Origin: Dehalococcoidia bacterium
GTDB lineage: Bacteria > Chloroflexota > Dehalococcoidia > Bin125
Reading direction: 5' to 3'
DNA: 64,000 bases
Assembly: GCA_963662615.2 (NCBI GenBank)
Contig: CAXXSR010000001.1
Coordinates: 1,152,001-1,216,000, forward strand
Numbering within the stretch: the first letter of the stretch is position 1; each line of letters starts with the position of its first letter. The position numbers and the translations under genes were made by a program. Below the pieces are notes generated by a model. It made no database searches. It was not told the origin of the DNA and saw nothing but the letters and a program-made list of their open reading frames with translations. Shown piece by piece: positions 34,124-43,223 of the stretch.

Positions 34124-35890
34124 CTATTCCGTGGCGGGGGCGGACAGGACCTCGATCCGCACGGGAATCACCCCTTCAGCGAGCTGACCGAGCTGTAGGA
34201 AGGCGGCTTCCGACAGATCGAGGCGATTCGGCGCCAACTGTCCGGTGTCTCGCACCACGACGTCCACGGAGCGGTCGCCGCGCCAGACGCGGAGGTGAGT
34301 GCCGCAGGGCCAGGCCGTCGCCGCCGCGATGGTTGGATCTAGGCGATCGTAGGCACCACCGCAGTACATGGGGCGGCCCAGCAGCCCTGGATGATAGAAG
34401 CTGGCGCTGCCGGCGATAGTGTCCCCCACGGCGAAGGCGGCGATGAACTCCGCGAAGACCCAGCCGACGTAGATGTCGCTGCGGACGTAGAGCCAGGTAT
34501 CCCCGTTCGCGTCCAGCGCCGTCTCGCCCGTGGGCTCTACGACCGTGCCCTCTGGGAGGCAGGCCAGCGGCGGGGCATTTTTCGTCGTCGGTGCGGGTCG
34601 GATGTTGAGACAGCCAGGCCCCAGCACGACCGCCTGGAGTTGCGAGGCAAGGGCGGACTCCACGGGCGTCCAGAGCGTCGCCCCACGCACTTGGACCCAG
34701 ACCCCCTGCCCCGGCTCCAGGATCTCGAGGTCGTTCAGAAACTCCAGCCCCTGCGGCCGGTAGACGTGGTATTGCTGGCTCTCGCCGTCAAGGGCGTAAA
34801 CGCCGAGCAACACCTCCGCCAGACCGATCACCGCTTGGCCCACCGCTTGCCGCGGCCCCGTCCAAGCGACCAAGTTCCAGCCCGCCGTGAGCGCTACTAC
34901 CTGCGATTGGGCGACGCGGGGAGGGAACCACTCCACTCCGTCCGGCGCCGTCACGTGGACGAGGAGGCCGTCACCGGCTTGCAGCGTCGTGAGCGTGTTC
35001 GTCTGAGGAGACCCGTCCGGCGCATAGCGACGAAAGCTCTGCGCCGCCGCGTCGTAGGCGAATACGACGTCAATGCTTCCCGCGAGCGGCGCCACCGCTT
35101 CCCCGATCGCAGTGTTGCCGGTCCAGCCGACGAGGTTCCAGCCGGGATGGAGGAACTGCGGCTCCGGGGGCGGGGGGGGCGGCGCCTCCGGCTCGGCCGG
35201 GGCGACCTCCTGCGTCTTGTCGGGGCTGACCTCCTCCGGTTCAGCGGGATCAGTGACGCTCTCCTGCACCTTCACGCTGTTTGTGGAGATGAAGGTCTCG
35301 CCGAAGTAGGCGTGGGACGCGTCGGTCGCGGGCAGTTCGCGGCCCTCGAGTGCGTATGCACCCGTGAAAGGAACCGTGCTCTGCAGCTGGCCGTCGCCAA
35401 GAGTGCGGTGGACCGCCATGTGAATGTGGGCAAGGCCGTTGTTCTCGGCGAATCCGGCTGGCGCCACCGCTCCGATGATCTGGCCTGCCACCACTGGAGC
35501 GCCAGCCTGTAGGCCGGAGGTGGGGAAGATGTGGCAGAGCAGCACGGCGAAGCCGTCCCCGGCGCTCAGTGTGACGCAGCTTCCAGAGAGCCAGGTGACT
35601 GTCCCGGTGATGGGCGACAGGACCGGCGTGCCAGCTGTCAGGGCGTCGTCACGGACGATGTCGATCGCGTGTGGATCGATGCCTACATGGCCCCCAGTGT
35701 TGTAGCCGGCCACGATGCGCCATTCGGTTCCCGCGGGCGCGGGCAAGGGAATGCCGCTCTCGGCGGCCCTTACTCCAGTGGGCGAGGCGGACGATCCCGC
35801 GACAGCGAGCAACACAACGAAGAGGACGGCCGCGGTCGCCGGCCTTCTGAGGCGACACGCCGGCCGGAGGAGCCGACACATAGCCAGCAC
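34124..35890 (-). CDS. Secreted multidomain peptidoglycan hydrolase (M23 + GWNLV repeats + SH3b + RlpA/DPBB)
   Basis: Signal peptide; H...AID / HIH; two L..GWNLV.W repeats; LNIR..P..GWV; ASFY...PCGT..V...V.V.V.D.G...LDLS..AF. Confidence 0.8.
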   Translation of the reverse strand: MLAMCRLLRPACRLRRPATAAVLFVVLLAVAGSSASPTGVRAAESGIPLPAPAGTEWRIVAGYNTGGHVGIDPHAIDIVRDDALTAGTPVLSPITGTVTWLSGSCVTLSAGDGFAVLLCHIFPTSGLQAGAPVVAGQIIGAVAPAGFAENNGLAHIHMAVHRTLGDGQLQSTVPFTGAYALEGRELPATDASHAYFGETFISTNSVKVQESVTDPAEPEEVSPDKTQEVAPAEPEAPPPPPPEPQFLHPGWNLVGWTGNTAIGEAVAPLAGSIDVVFAYDAAAQSFRRYAPDGSPQTNTLTTLQAGDGLLVHVTAPDGVEWFPPRVAQSQVVALTAGWNLVAWTGPRQAVGQAVIGLAEVLLGVYALDGESQQYHVYRPQGLEFLNDLEILEPGQGVWVQVRGATLWTPVESALASQLQAVVLGPGCLNIRPAPTTKNAPPLACLPEGTVVEPTGETALDANGDTWLYVRSDIYVGWVFAEFIAAFAVGDTIAGSASFYHPGLLGRPMYCGGAYDRLDPTIAAATAWPCGTHLRVWRGDRSVDVVVRDTGQLAPNRLDLSEAAFLQLGQLAEGVIPVRIEVLSAPATE

Positions 35891-36123
35891 TTTGCCTGGT
35901 TTCCCTCCTACGTGGAACCCCCGAGAGCTTGAGGATGTGCGGACGGCCGGGTGCGTCGCATGTATTTAGAGCATCCGTTCGCATACAGATCGCCGTGGCG
36001 CCAGAGACGAGAGGGGCAATGCGGAGGTCGGAGCGCGACCCACGTCGTCAGGCGCGGCGGGCCGGCAGACCCGAGGGGTGGCCTGCCTGGGACAGCGCGA
36101 ATCGGCTCGCAGCTTGCGGGAAG

Positions 36124-37005
36124 CTACTCCGCCAGAAAATCGGAGGCCATCTGGAGGAACGCCGTCAGCTGATCGTGATGGACCCAGTGCCCCGCCCCAT
36201 CGACCGTGACGACGCGCGCGCTGGGAAAGTCACGGGCAGGGCCGTCCGGATCGCGACCGTGGACACCGCTCTCCTGGCCGCGAATCAGGAGGGTGGGGCA
36301 GGTGATCCGCCGCCAGAGCGCGCGGGCTTCCTCCTCGTTGAAGAGGTACGGCGAGAAGCCACGACTATAGTTGTCGAACTTCCAACTATGAGTGCCGTCT
36401 TCGTTCTGGTTCGTCCCGTGGACGGTGAGGTGACGCGCCTGCTCCGCTGAGAGACGCGGGTTCGCCTCTCTCATCCTGGCAATGGCCGCCTCAATCGTGT
36501 CGTAGCGCCGCGGCGTGCGACCCGCCATGCCGCGCAGCATCGCAATCCAGCTTCGCATGCGCTCATGCGCAGGCTCGCGGGCACGCTGCGCGATCCGATT
36601 CGGCGCTGGGCCCAGCCCTTCGATGGCGATGAGCTTGCGCACCTTCTCCGGGTAGGCGCCGGCGTACTGCAGGCCGATCGCCCCGCCTAGCGAGTGGCCG
36701 ATGATCGCGACGGGCGCCAGGCGCTCCTGATCGATCAGCTGGGCGAGATCGTAGACGTAATCGACCAGCGCGTAGCCCGACCCGATCAGCCACTGCGAAT
36801 CGCCATGGCCGCGCAGGTCGGGCGCGACGATGTGAAAGCTGTCCCGCAGTGCTTGTGCCACCCAGTCCCAACTGCGGCAGTGATCGCGCCCGCCGTGCAC
36901 CAAGACGAGGGCGGGCGCCGTTTCATTCCCCCAGTCCACATAGTGCAGGCGCAGGCGCTGGGCGAAGTAGGTGTGCGAGGTGGGTCCGAGGACGCCGAGG
37001 GGCAT
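36124..37005 (-). CDS. Alpha/beta fold hydrolase
   Basis: HGG, DLRGHGDS, GHSLGG nucleophile elbow, GAGHWVH. Confidence 0.93.
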   Translation of the reverse strand: MPLGVLGPTSHTYFAQRLRLHYVDWGNETAPALVLVHGGRDHCRSWDWVAQALRDSFHIVAPDLRGHGDSQWLIGSGYALVDYVYDLAQLIDQERLAPVAIIGHSLGGAIGLQYAGAYPEKVRKLIAIEGLGPAPNRIAQRAREPAHERMRSWIAMLRGMAGRTPRRYDTIEAAIARMREANPRLSAEQARHLTVHGTNQNEDGTHSWKFDNYSRGFSPYLFNEEEARALWRRITCPTLLIRGQESGVHGRDPDGPARDFPSARVVTVDGAGHWVHHDQLTAFLQMASDFLAE

Positions 37006-37178
37006 GGCGCCATCCTAGGCGACGGCGCGGCAGGCGGGGAGGCGGCGCGCCGCGCCGCGATGGTGCCGCGGGCCGAGTCACTCGGTCGTTCCGTGGTTGA
37101 GGCGCGTGGGGCGGCAACCTATCATGGGGCGGCGCTGCCTTCCTACCCGGCGCCGCAGGGTCCTCACGGAGGTGCTCA

Positions 37179-37904
37179 ATGGAAAACGCAAGCCGCATGC
37201 CGGGGCCGCAGATCTGGATTCAGGGCGACCCCGAAGAGCTGCGCGATCTGATGCCGCTCGGCATCGCCGGGATCATCACGAACAACCTCATCCTCCGCGA
37301 CATGGCGCAGCGGTACAGCGACCTGCGCTCGCTTCTGGACCGCTACCTGGAGCTGGATCCGAACCACCTGGTCGTCGAAGTGGATGGCGACACCGACGAA
37401 GACTTCATGTACGCCGCCGAGGCCGCCGTCGCGCTGTCCGACAAGGTCATCGTCAAGGTCGTCACCAAGCCGGTGGGGATTCGCGCTCTGGCTACGCTCC
37501 ACGCCCGCGGCGTCCGCTGCATGGCCACGACGGTCTTCTCGCTCAACCAGGCCATCTTGATGGCGGCCGCGGGCGCGACCTGGGTCGCCCCCTTCGTGGG
37601 GCCCATCCACGCCGCCGGCGGCGACGCCTTCTCCTTCGTGCGCCAGGTCGCCGAGGCGTTCCGCGATCGCCCCGGCGCGCCCGGGATCATGGGCGGCATC
37701 ATCCGCGATGCCTCGCACGCGCACATGGCCTACGCCGCCGGCGCCGACGCCATCATCACCTTCCCCCCCATCTACTGGGAGATGCTGCAGCACCCCGGCA
37801 CGGACGAGTGGAACCGGACGTTCCTCGGCGCCTGGGCCGAGATGGAGTCACGCGGCCAGCTGAACGGGTTCCTGCGCACGCCGGCCGCCGCACACGTCAC
37901 CTGA
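37179..37904 (+). CDS. Divergent transaldolase/fructose-6-phosphate aldolase family protein
   Basis: GIITN, VIVKV Schiff-base Lys, T.VFS.NQA..AA.AGA..VAPFVG, GAD.IT.PP, HP.T. Confidence 0.82.
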   Translation: MENASRMPGPQIWIQGDPEELRDLMPLGIAGIITNNLILRDMAQRYSDLRSLLDRYLELDPNHLVVEVDGDTDEDFMYAAEAAVALSDKVIVKVVTKPVGIRALATLHARGVRCMATTVFSLNQAILMAAAGATWVAPFVGPIHAAGGDAFSFVRQVAEAFRDRPGAPGIMGGIIRDASHAHMAYAAGADAIITFPPIYWEMLQHPGTDEWNRTFLGAWAEMESRGQLNGFLRTPAAAHVT

Positions 37905-37934
37905 CGGCGGCCCGGTCCCGGTGGCGCGGCGGTG

Positions 37935-38084
37935 GTGACCGCGTTGAGGGTGCCGCCGCGCGGGGTGATGGAAGTGCTGGGGCACGCGCAGATCAGCACG
38001 ACCATGGAGGTGTACACGCACGTCCCGTCGGAAGTGAAGCGAGAGGCTGTGGACCGCCTGGCAGCAGCGCTCTGGGCGCGATGA
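37935..38084 (+). pseudogene. C-terminal 50-codon remnant of a tyrosine integrase
   Basis: VPPRGVMEVLGHAQISTTMEVYTHV..; closely similar to 45999-46148. Confidence 0.9.
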
Positions 38085-38105
38085 GCACTAGATGTGCGGC
38101 CATTG

Positions 38106-38750
38106 TCACTGCTCCGGCTGAGCTTGTTCGGACAGCCAGCGGCTGCGCCAGTCGTGCCGAAAACCGTAATCAAGCAGTCTATTTGTTAGCTCTCGCCACA
38201 CATCTCGCGCTTGGACACGGTCCCTCAGTTCGCTTGGTGATGCCTGAGCCAAGCGCGCCACGAATGCGGCGAGATCGAGGAGCCCGGCGACACCTGTTGG
38301 CTCTCGCCCACCTTGCGAATGTTTCCTGTCCCAGTCTTCTACGAATTCAGCGTCGTTCGCATAATCTCGAATCTCCTGCGCGCGTTCCCTTTGTTTCGCT
38401 TTATCCCGAGCGTACCCCCCTGCCGAGTCGTCGAACTGGTCGTCGATCAAACGCACAAGGCCGGTGACGAGGAGCTCTTCATCGATCCGCTCACTGTAGA
38501 CGAGGTGCTTTATGTGTTCGATGAGCTGGTCGAGGGTGTGGTGCCCACGCAACTGTCCAAAGGATAGCTTTTCGCGCTGCGCTTTCGACATCGCCGACGT
38601 GTCCACCGCCCCAACGGTCGAATAGCGGTACATGGCCCCCGTGTAAATCATGCCCCAGAAGACGATACTCGAAGTTTCCGTCTCGCCAGTACGCCGGGCC
38701 CAGCCCTCGGCAGCCTTCTCGAACTCATCGATCAACTCGTTGCTGATCAC
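38106..38750 (-). CDS. Hypothetical protein (island cargo)
   Basis: 214 aa ORF with natural composition, no recognised motif. Confidence 0.6.
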   Translation of the reverse strand: MISNELIDEFEKAAEGWARRTGETETSSIVFWGMIYTGAMYRYSTVGAVDTSAMSKAQREKLSFGQLRGHHTLDQLIEHIKHLVYSERIDEELLVTGLVRLIDDQFDDSAGGYARDKAKQRERAQEIRDYANDAEFVEDWDRKHSQGGREPTGVAGLLDLAAFVARLAQASPSELRDRVQARDVWRELTNRLLDYGFRHDWRSRWLSEQAQPEQ

Positions 38751-39014
38751 TCGCTACCACCAGTCTCGAAGTAGGTGGACCCTCCCAACGAAGGCTCCTT
38801 CACCAATGGTAGCGGTGCTCTCTGAAGATGCCCTGATTCCGGCTAGCAAGGTCCACAGAACCAGCTGCTCCCGGAAGACGACCACCGGATCCATCCACGT
38901 CCTTGCCCATGCCCCGACGCGGAGCGCGCACGCGCAGGACAATATTCAAGGTCGAGGATCTACGCTTGACTCGCCACAGCGGAAAGCGACGGTGCGGGAG
39001 GAGACATTCAAGGC

Positions 39015-39571
39015 ATGGCCGTGACCCAGTCGCCTCCACAAGTGTTCATCTCGCACAACGCGAAAGACAAGCCGCTCGCGCGTGAGATCGCTGTCTATCT
39101 GGTCGCAGCCGACTGCGGCGTCTGGTTCGATGAATGGGAGATACGAGCTGGCGATTCGATAGTTGGGAAGGTGGATAACGCCCTTGCCGCCTGTACTGAC
39201 GTCCTGATTGTTTGGTCGGAAGACGCCGCAGGATCGGAATGGGTTACGGCAGAGCTGGAGGCGGCGCTAGCGCGAGCCATGGACAACGAGCACCCTCGAA
39301 TCATCCTGATCAAGACAGACGAGACTGCGCCTCCGGAACTCTTACGGGCGCGTCGTTACATTGACTGGTCCGACAATCCTGAGGCGGCCTTCAACGAAGT
39401 CGTCCGCAGCATCACGGGGGAGAGCCCTGGATCGTCGCTCCGAAGGGCTGTGGTTCAGAAGTACCGCGATCTAATCTACGACGACAGCCCGCCATTTGGT
39501 CTGGCGGCCTGTCCCACATGCGGTAGCGAACGGCTGCGTGGCTCGACCATGTATGACAAACGGGACGATGT
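39015..39571 (+). pseudogene. TIR-domain protein with CxxC motif, interrupted by IS3 insertion
   Basis: VFISHN..DK, VWFDEWEI..GDSI, SEWV..EL (catalytic Glu), CPTCGS; IS end TGACCTGCCCCC begins at 39572. Confidence 0.88.
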
Positions 39572-40391
39572 TGACCTGCCCCCGATCGTTGTACCAGTCG
39601 TTAAGTTAGTCCGATCGCCGGGACGAGCGTCAGGGGACGTTCCCGGGGTTGCTGCGTTTCCGGGGCGGGGGGGCGGTAGCCGAGGGCACGGTGGGGGCGG
39701 ATCTGGTTGTACTCCCGCCGCCAGCCCTCGATGAGGATCTGGGCTTCCAGCAGGGTGTCGAAGCGCTCGCGATTGAGGCACTCGTCGCGCAGCTTGCCGT
39801 GGAACGATTCCACATAGCCGTTCTCCCAAGGACTGCCCGGTGCGATGAAGAGGGTCGTGACCCCGACCCGGTGCAGCCAGTCCCGCACCGCGGTGGCGGT
39901 GAACTCCGGGCCGTTGTCGGACCGCAGCAACGTCGGCGGCCCGCGCTCGACGAACAGCTGGGCCAACCGCGCCAGGACGTCGTCGCTGCGCAGTCGGCGG
40001 GCGACGTCGAGACGCAGGCACTCGCGGGTGGTCCTCATCCACGATGGCGAGGATCCGCACCGGGCGCCCATCGGCGGTGCGGTCGAAGACGAAGTCGTAG
40101 GACCAGACGTGGGACGGCCGCTCGGCCCGCCGCCGCACCAGCGAGCCGGCCGCGAGCCAGAGGCGGCCCCGTTGGGGGTGCTTCCCGGGGACCCGCAAGC
40201 CTTCCTGACGCCAGCGCCGCTCGACCCGCTTGTGGTTCACCCGCCAGCCCTCCTGGCGCAGCAGGGCCGTGATGCGACGGGAGCCGTAGCGGCCGAAGCG
40301 GGTGGCCAGCGCGACGATGCGCGCGATCAGCGCCGGCGCATCCGGGGACGGCCGGGGCACGTAGCGCTGTGTCGCCCGCGCCTGGCCGGTG
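39572..40391 (-). mobile_element. Truncated IS3-family element (right end plus frameshifted orfB)
   Basis: Terminal TGACCTGCCCCCGATCGTTGTACCA; WSYDF, SDNGPEF, PWENG..ESF; +1 shift near 40031; 5' part cut by second IS. Confidence 0.9.
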
Positions 40392-40420
40392 TGACCTGCC
40401 CCCGATTGTTGTACCAGGGC

Positions 40421-41263
40421 TTAAGTTAGTGCCAGAACCATCCGGTCTGCCAAAGGGGTGGGGTGGGGAGGTCCGACCTCCAGGGTCTCTGGGGCGGGGG
40501 GGCGGTAGCCGAGGGCGCTGTGAGGCCGGACTTGGTTGTACTCCCGGCGCCAGCGATCGACCAGGATCTGCGCTTCCGTGAGCGTGGTGAAGATCTCGGG
40601 GTTGAGGCACTCGTCGCGCAGCTTGCCGTTGAAGGATTCCACATAGCCGTTCTCCCAGGGGCTGCCGGGCTCGATGAAGAGTGTCGTCACGCCGAGGCGA
40701 CGCAGCCAGGAACGCACCGCCGTCGCCGTGAACTCGGGGCCGTTGTCGGAGCGGACGTAGGTGGGCGGGCCCCGCTGCACGAAGAGCGCCGTCAGCCGGG
40801 CGAGGACGTCGTCGGACCGCAGGCGCCGGGCCACGTCAATGCTGAGGCACTCCCGCGTGTACTCGTCGACGATGGTCAGCAGGCGCAGGGGCCGGCCGTC
40901 GTGGGTCCGCTCGCTGACGAAGTCGTAGGACCAGACGTGGTTCGGGCGCTCCGCCCGGCGCCGCGTGCAGGATCCATCGGCCGCCCAAAGCCGCCGCCGG
41001 CGCGGGGCTTTCCGGGGCACCCGCAGCCCTTCCTGCCGCCAGAGCCGCTCCACCCGCTTGTGGTTCACCCGCCAGCCCTCGGCCCGCAGCAGCGCCGTGA
41101 TGCGCCGGGAGCCGTAGCGCCCGAAGCGGCGGGCAAGGGCGATGATCCGGGCGATCAGAGCCGGCTCGTCCGCGGGCACCTGCACGGGGTGCCGCTGCGT
41201 GCTGCGCGGCTGGGCGAGGGCCCGGCAGGCCCGACGCTCCGAGACGGCCAGCGCGGTTCGCAC
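40421..41263 (-). CDS. IS3 transposase OrfB (DDE integrase core)
   Basis: RYGSRRI, VNHKRV, WSYDF, DEYTRE, SDNGPEF, PWENGYVESFNGKLRDE. Confidence 0.9.
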   Translation of the reverse strand: MRTALAVSERRACRALAQPRSTQRHPVQVPADEPALIARIIALARRFGRYGSRRITALLRAEGWRVNHKRVERLWRQEGLRVPRKAPRRRRLWAADGSCTRRRAERPNHVWSYDFVSERTHDGRPLRLLTIVDEYTRECLSIDVARRLRSDDVLARLTALFVQRGPPTYVRSDNGPEFTATAVRSWLRRLGVTTLFIEPGSPWENGYVESFNGKLRDECLNPEIFTTLTEAQILVDRWRREYNQVRPHSALGYRPPAPETLEVGPPHPTPLADRMVLALT

Positions 41264-41287
41264 GTGCGCAACCGCCTGCCGCCGGGC

Positions 41288-41566
41288 TCAGAAGTTTCCC
41301 GACGCCACCTCTTTGAGGATGGCGTGGTCCAGCGCCTGATCGGCCACCAGCCGCTTCAGCCGCGCGTTCTCCTGCTCCAGCTCCTTGAACCGCTTCGCCT
41401 GATCCAGCCGCAGGCCGCCGTACTCCCGCCGCCAGCGGTAGTAGGTCTGCTCGGCGACGCCGAGCCGTCGTGCCACTTTGGCCACACTCTCGCCCTGCGC
41501 CAGGGCCACCTCCGCCTCCCGCAGTTTCCCGATGATCTGCTCTGCCGTGTACCGCTTCCGCGCCAT
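41288..41566 (-). CDS. IS3 transposase OrfA (HTH)
   Basis: KRYT.EQII.KLREAE, QTYYRWR..YGG, LE.EN.RLK.LVA; ends at G-GGA-AAC slippery site. Confidence 0.92.
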   Translation of the reverse strand: MARKRYTAEQIIGKLREAEVALAQGESVAKVARRLGVAEQTYYRWRREYGGLRLDQAKRFKELEQENARLKRLVADQALDHAILKEVASGNF

Positions 41567-41701
41567 GCCGACTCCCTCCTCCCAGCCCGGATCCTCGCAT
41601 AGGATCTGGACCGGTTTTGGGGGGGCAGGTCACTTCCTGGCTCGATTCTCGACGACCGCAGACCAGTGGCGCGTCATCAGCGAGTTCCCCAATGGAGAAT
41701 C

Positions 41702-43096
41702 TTAATCGTCACGCGAGCCGCTCGTGGCTGCCGCTAGTGTTCCCGACTCAATCCGATGTGAAAGCTCAGTCGCATTGACCCGCTGCACCGGACTGGCGAC
41801 GCCGTCAGTCGTGAAGTGCACGCCCTCAGCCTCCAAAACCGATTGGGGATCGTCCTTGCGATTGGGATCCGCCCAGGCAAATTGCGATGCGATTCGACCC
41901 GCAGCCGTGAGCACTCGATAAGCAGCGACGCAGTCAGTGCAAGTTGCGACGTGTCGGCCAACGGGTACTGGAGCGCTTCCGACGACGGCGGCAAGGTCAC
42001 TGTAGGTAGTCCAGTCACCCTGTTTGAGTGCCTTGAGGGCTTCGTGGAGTATTGACCAATCACGCGCACCGCGAGCGCCGAACCCGGCGAGGCGAGATAG
42101 TGTTTGACCATCATCGGTGATCCACAGCCGAGGACCACGGACGACCGGTGGCGGTTCGTCCGTCGCGCGCTCGATCATTTCCCGTGCGAGGCCGGTCGGA
42201 GTCCATCCCTGCTCGTCGATCTCCCAAACGAGAGGACCAGAAGAATCGTTCTGCCAGGTCACCCGTCCACGCTTCTCGTCTTGCAATAGCCAATGCTCAA
42301 CGCCGTCGCGAACGGACGTAGGCAGAGACGTGCAATCAAGATGTAGCGGCGCACCATCGTCGAGGACGCCATCAGCAATAAGACGATCGACCGCCGTCGT
42401 CTCCCGACGCCTGTGGCTGCGCGCATCAGCAGCGCGGATGCTGGCCTGGCGCGGCGAAACTGTGAAGTCCTCGATGTCCTGCGGAGGCCAAAGCTGTGAA
42501 ACGGTCAGTACGATATCGTGTTCGGCCCGGTATGCGCCAAACTGCACGAGCGAAATATCCAGCCCCATCTCGGTCAGCCAGACCGCCGTGGCTGTCACTT
42601 GTGGCGGGAACCGGGCCGCCATCAGGACGATTCGAGGTTGTCGGAGGAGATCGGGATCGAATTCGCCGTCGATGTGATTCTCGAGAGCGGAGCGCGCTTC
42701 GTCCAGCGAGACTGGCGCACTCTTCTCATTCGAAAGGTACTTGGCGTGGGTTTCAGACAGGGTCTCTTCCGTGAAGCGGGACGCGAACGCCGCGTACTTT
42801 ATCGCCTGCATCTCCACTGTCGAGGGTGCGGTCCCTCGCTTTAGTTCGGCGACCACAAGTCGTCCGTCGGAGTCGATTCCCAGAAGGTCGAGTCGGTCGA
42901 GTTCCGATCCTTCCCGGCTCCTCCACTCGCTGAACTCGAAGGTCACAATCCGGATATTCGGACCAAGTACCTGCGGGTGTTTCCGCACCCACTCCTGCAA
43001 GTCTTCTCGCTCGCGAAGACCGGCGTCCACGAGTTCGATCGGCTCACCAAGGATCGCTTTTCCTGGATGGACCGTGAAAAGGAATTGGCCGTCCAT
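41702..43096 (-). CDS. NucS/EndoMS-like PD-(D/E)xK nuclease fused to putative RAMA and alkyltransferase-like (MGMT/ATL) domains
   Basis: E..LQ.W, RLDLLGID..G.LVVAELKR, QA.KYA; middle V..LI..G.L..G..L...TPTGLA...G...W; C-terminal GDWTTYSDLA..VG...VG...AYRVL...G.I...L.AEGV.F. Confidence 0.8.
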   Translation of the reverse strand: MDGQFLFTVHPGKAILGEPIELVDAGLREREDLQEWVRKHPQVLGPNIRIVTFEFSEWRSREGSELDRLDLLGIDSDGRLVVAELKRGTAPSTVEMQAIKYAAFASRFTEETLSETHAKYLSNEKSAPVSLDEARSALENHIDGEFDPDLLRQPRIVLMAARFPPQVTATAVWLTEMGLDISLVQFGAYRAEHDIVLTVSQLWPPQDIEDFTVSPRQASIRAADARSHRRRETTAVDRLIADGVLDDGAPLHLDCTSLPTSVRDGVEHWLLQDEKRGRVTWQNDSSGPLVWEIDEQGWTPTGLAREMIERATDEPPPVVRGPRLWITDDGQTLSRLAGFGARGARDWSILHEALKALKQGDWTTYSDLAAVVGSAPVPVGRHVATCTDCVAAYRVLTAAGRIASQFAWADPNRKDDPQSVLEAEGVHFTTDGVASPVQRVNATELSHRIESGTLAAATSGSRDD

Positions 43097-43223
43097 GAAA
43101 CAGTTCCTGCCACTGTGAAGGTAACATTGTCGCGTCGGTATGGAGCGATGATGGAGCGCTACCGGGAGAAGGCGATCTTAGACTGTCAGGCCAGGGTTCA
43201 TCGTTGCCGAGGCTAGCGCGTCT

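Larger units (their letters stand above)
40392..41632 (-). mobile_element. IS3-family insertion sequence, 1241 bp
   Basis: Inverted ends TGACCTGCCCCC...GGGGGCAGGTCA; orfA and orfB; no target duplication visible. Confidence 0.93.

Noticed and set aside
35900-36120. c-di-AMP riboswitch or LexA box (GAGC-ATCC-GTTCG) upstream of the M23 gene
   Set aside because: ydaO consensus absent; the LexA-like site has a mismatch and no repair-gene context
37905-37934. GTCCCGGTGGCGCGGCGG as a degenerate tRNA 5' att copy at the island left end
   Set aside because: Too few matches to tRNA-Arg(CCT); equally explained as eroded integrase sequence
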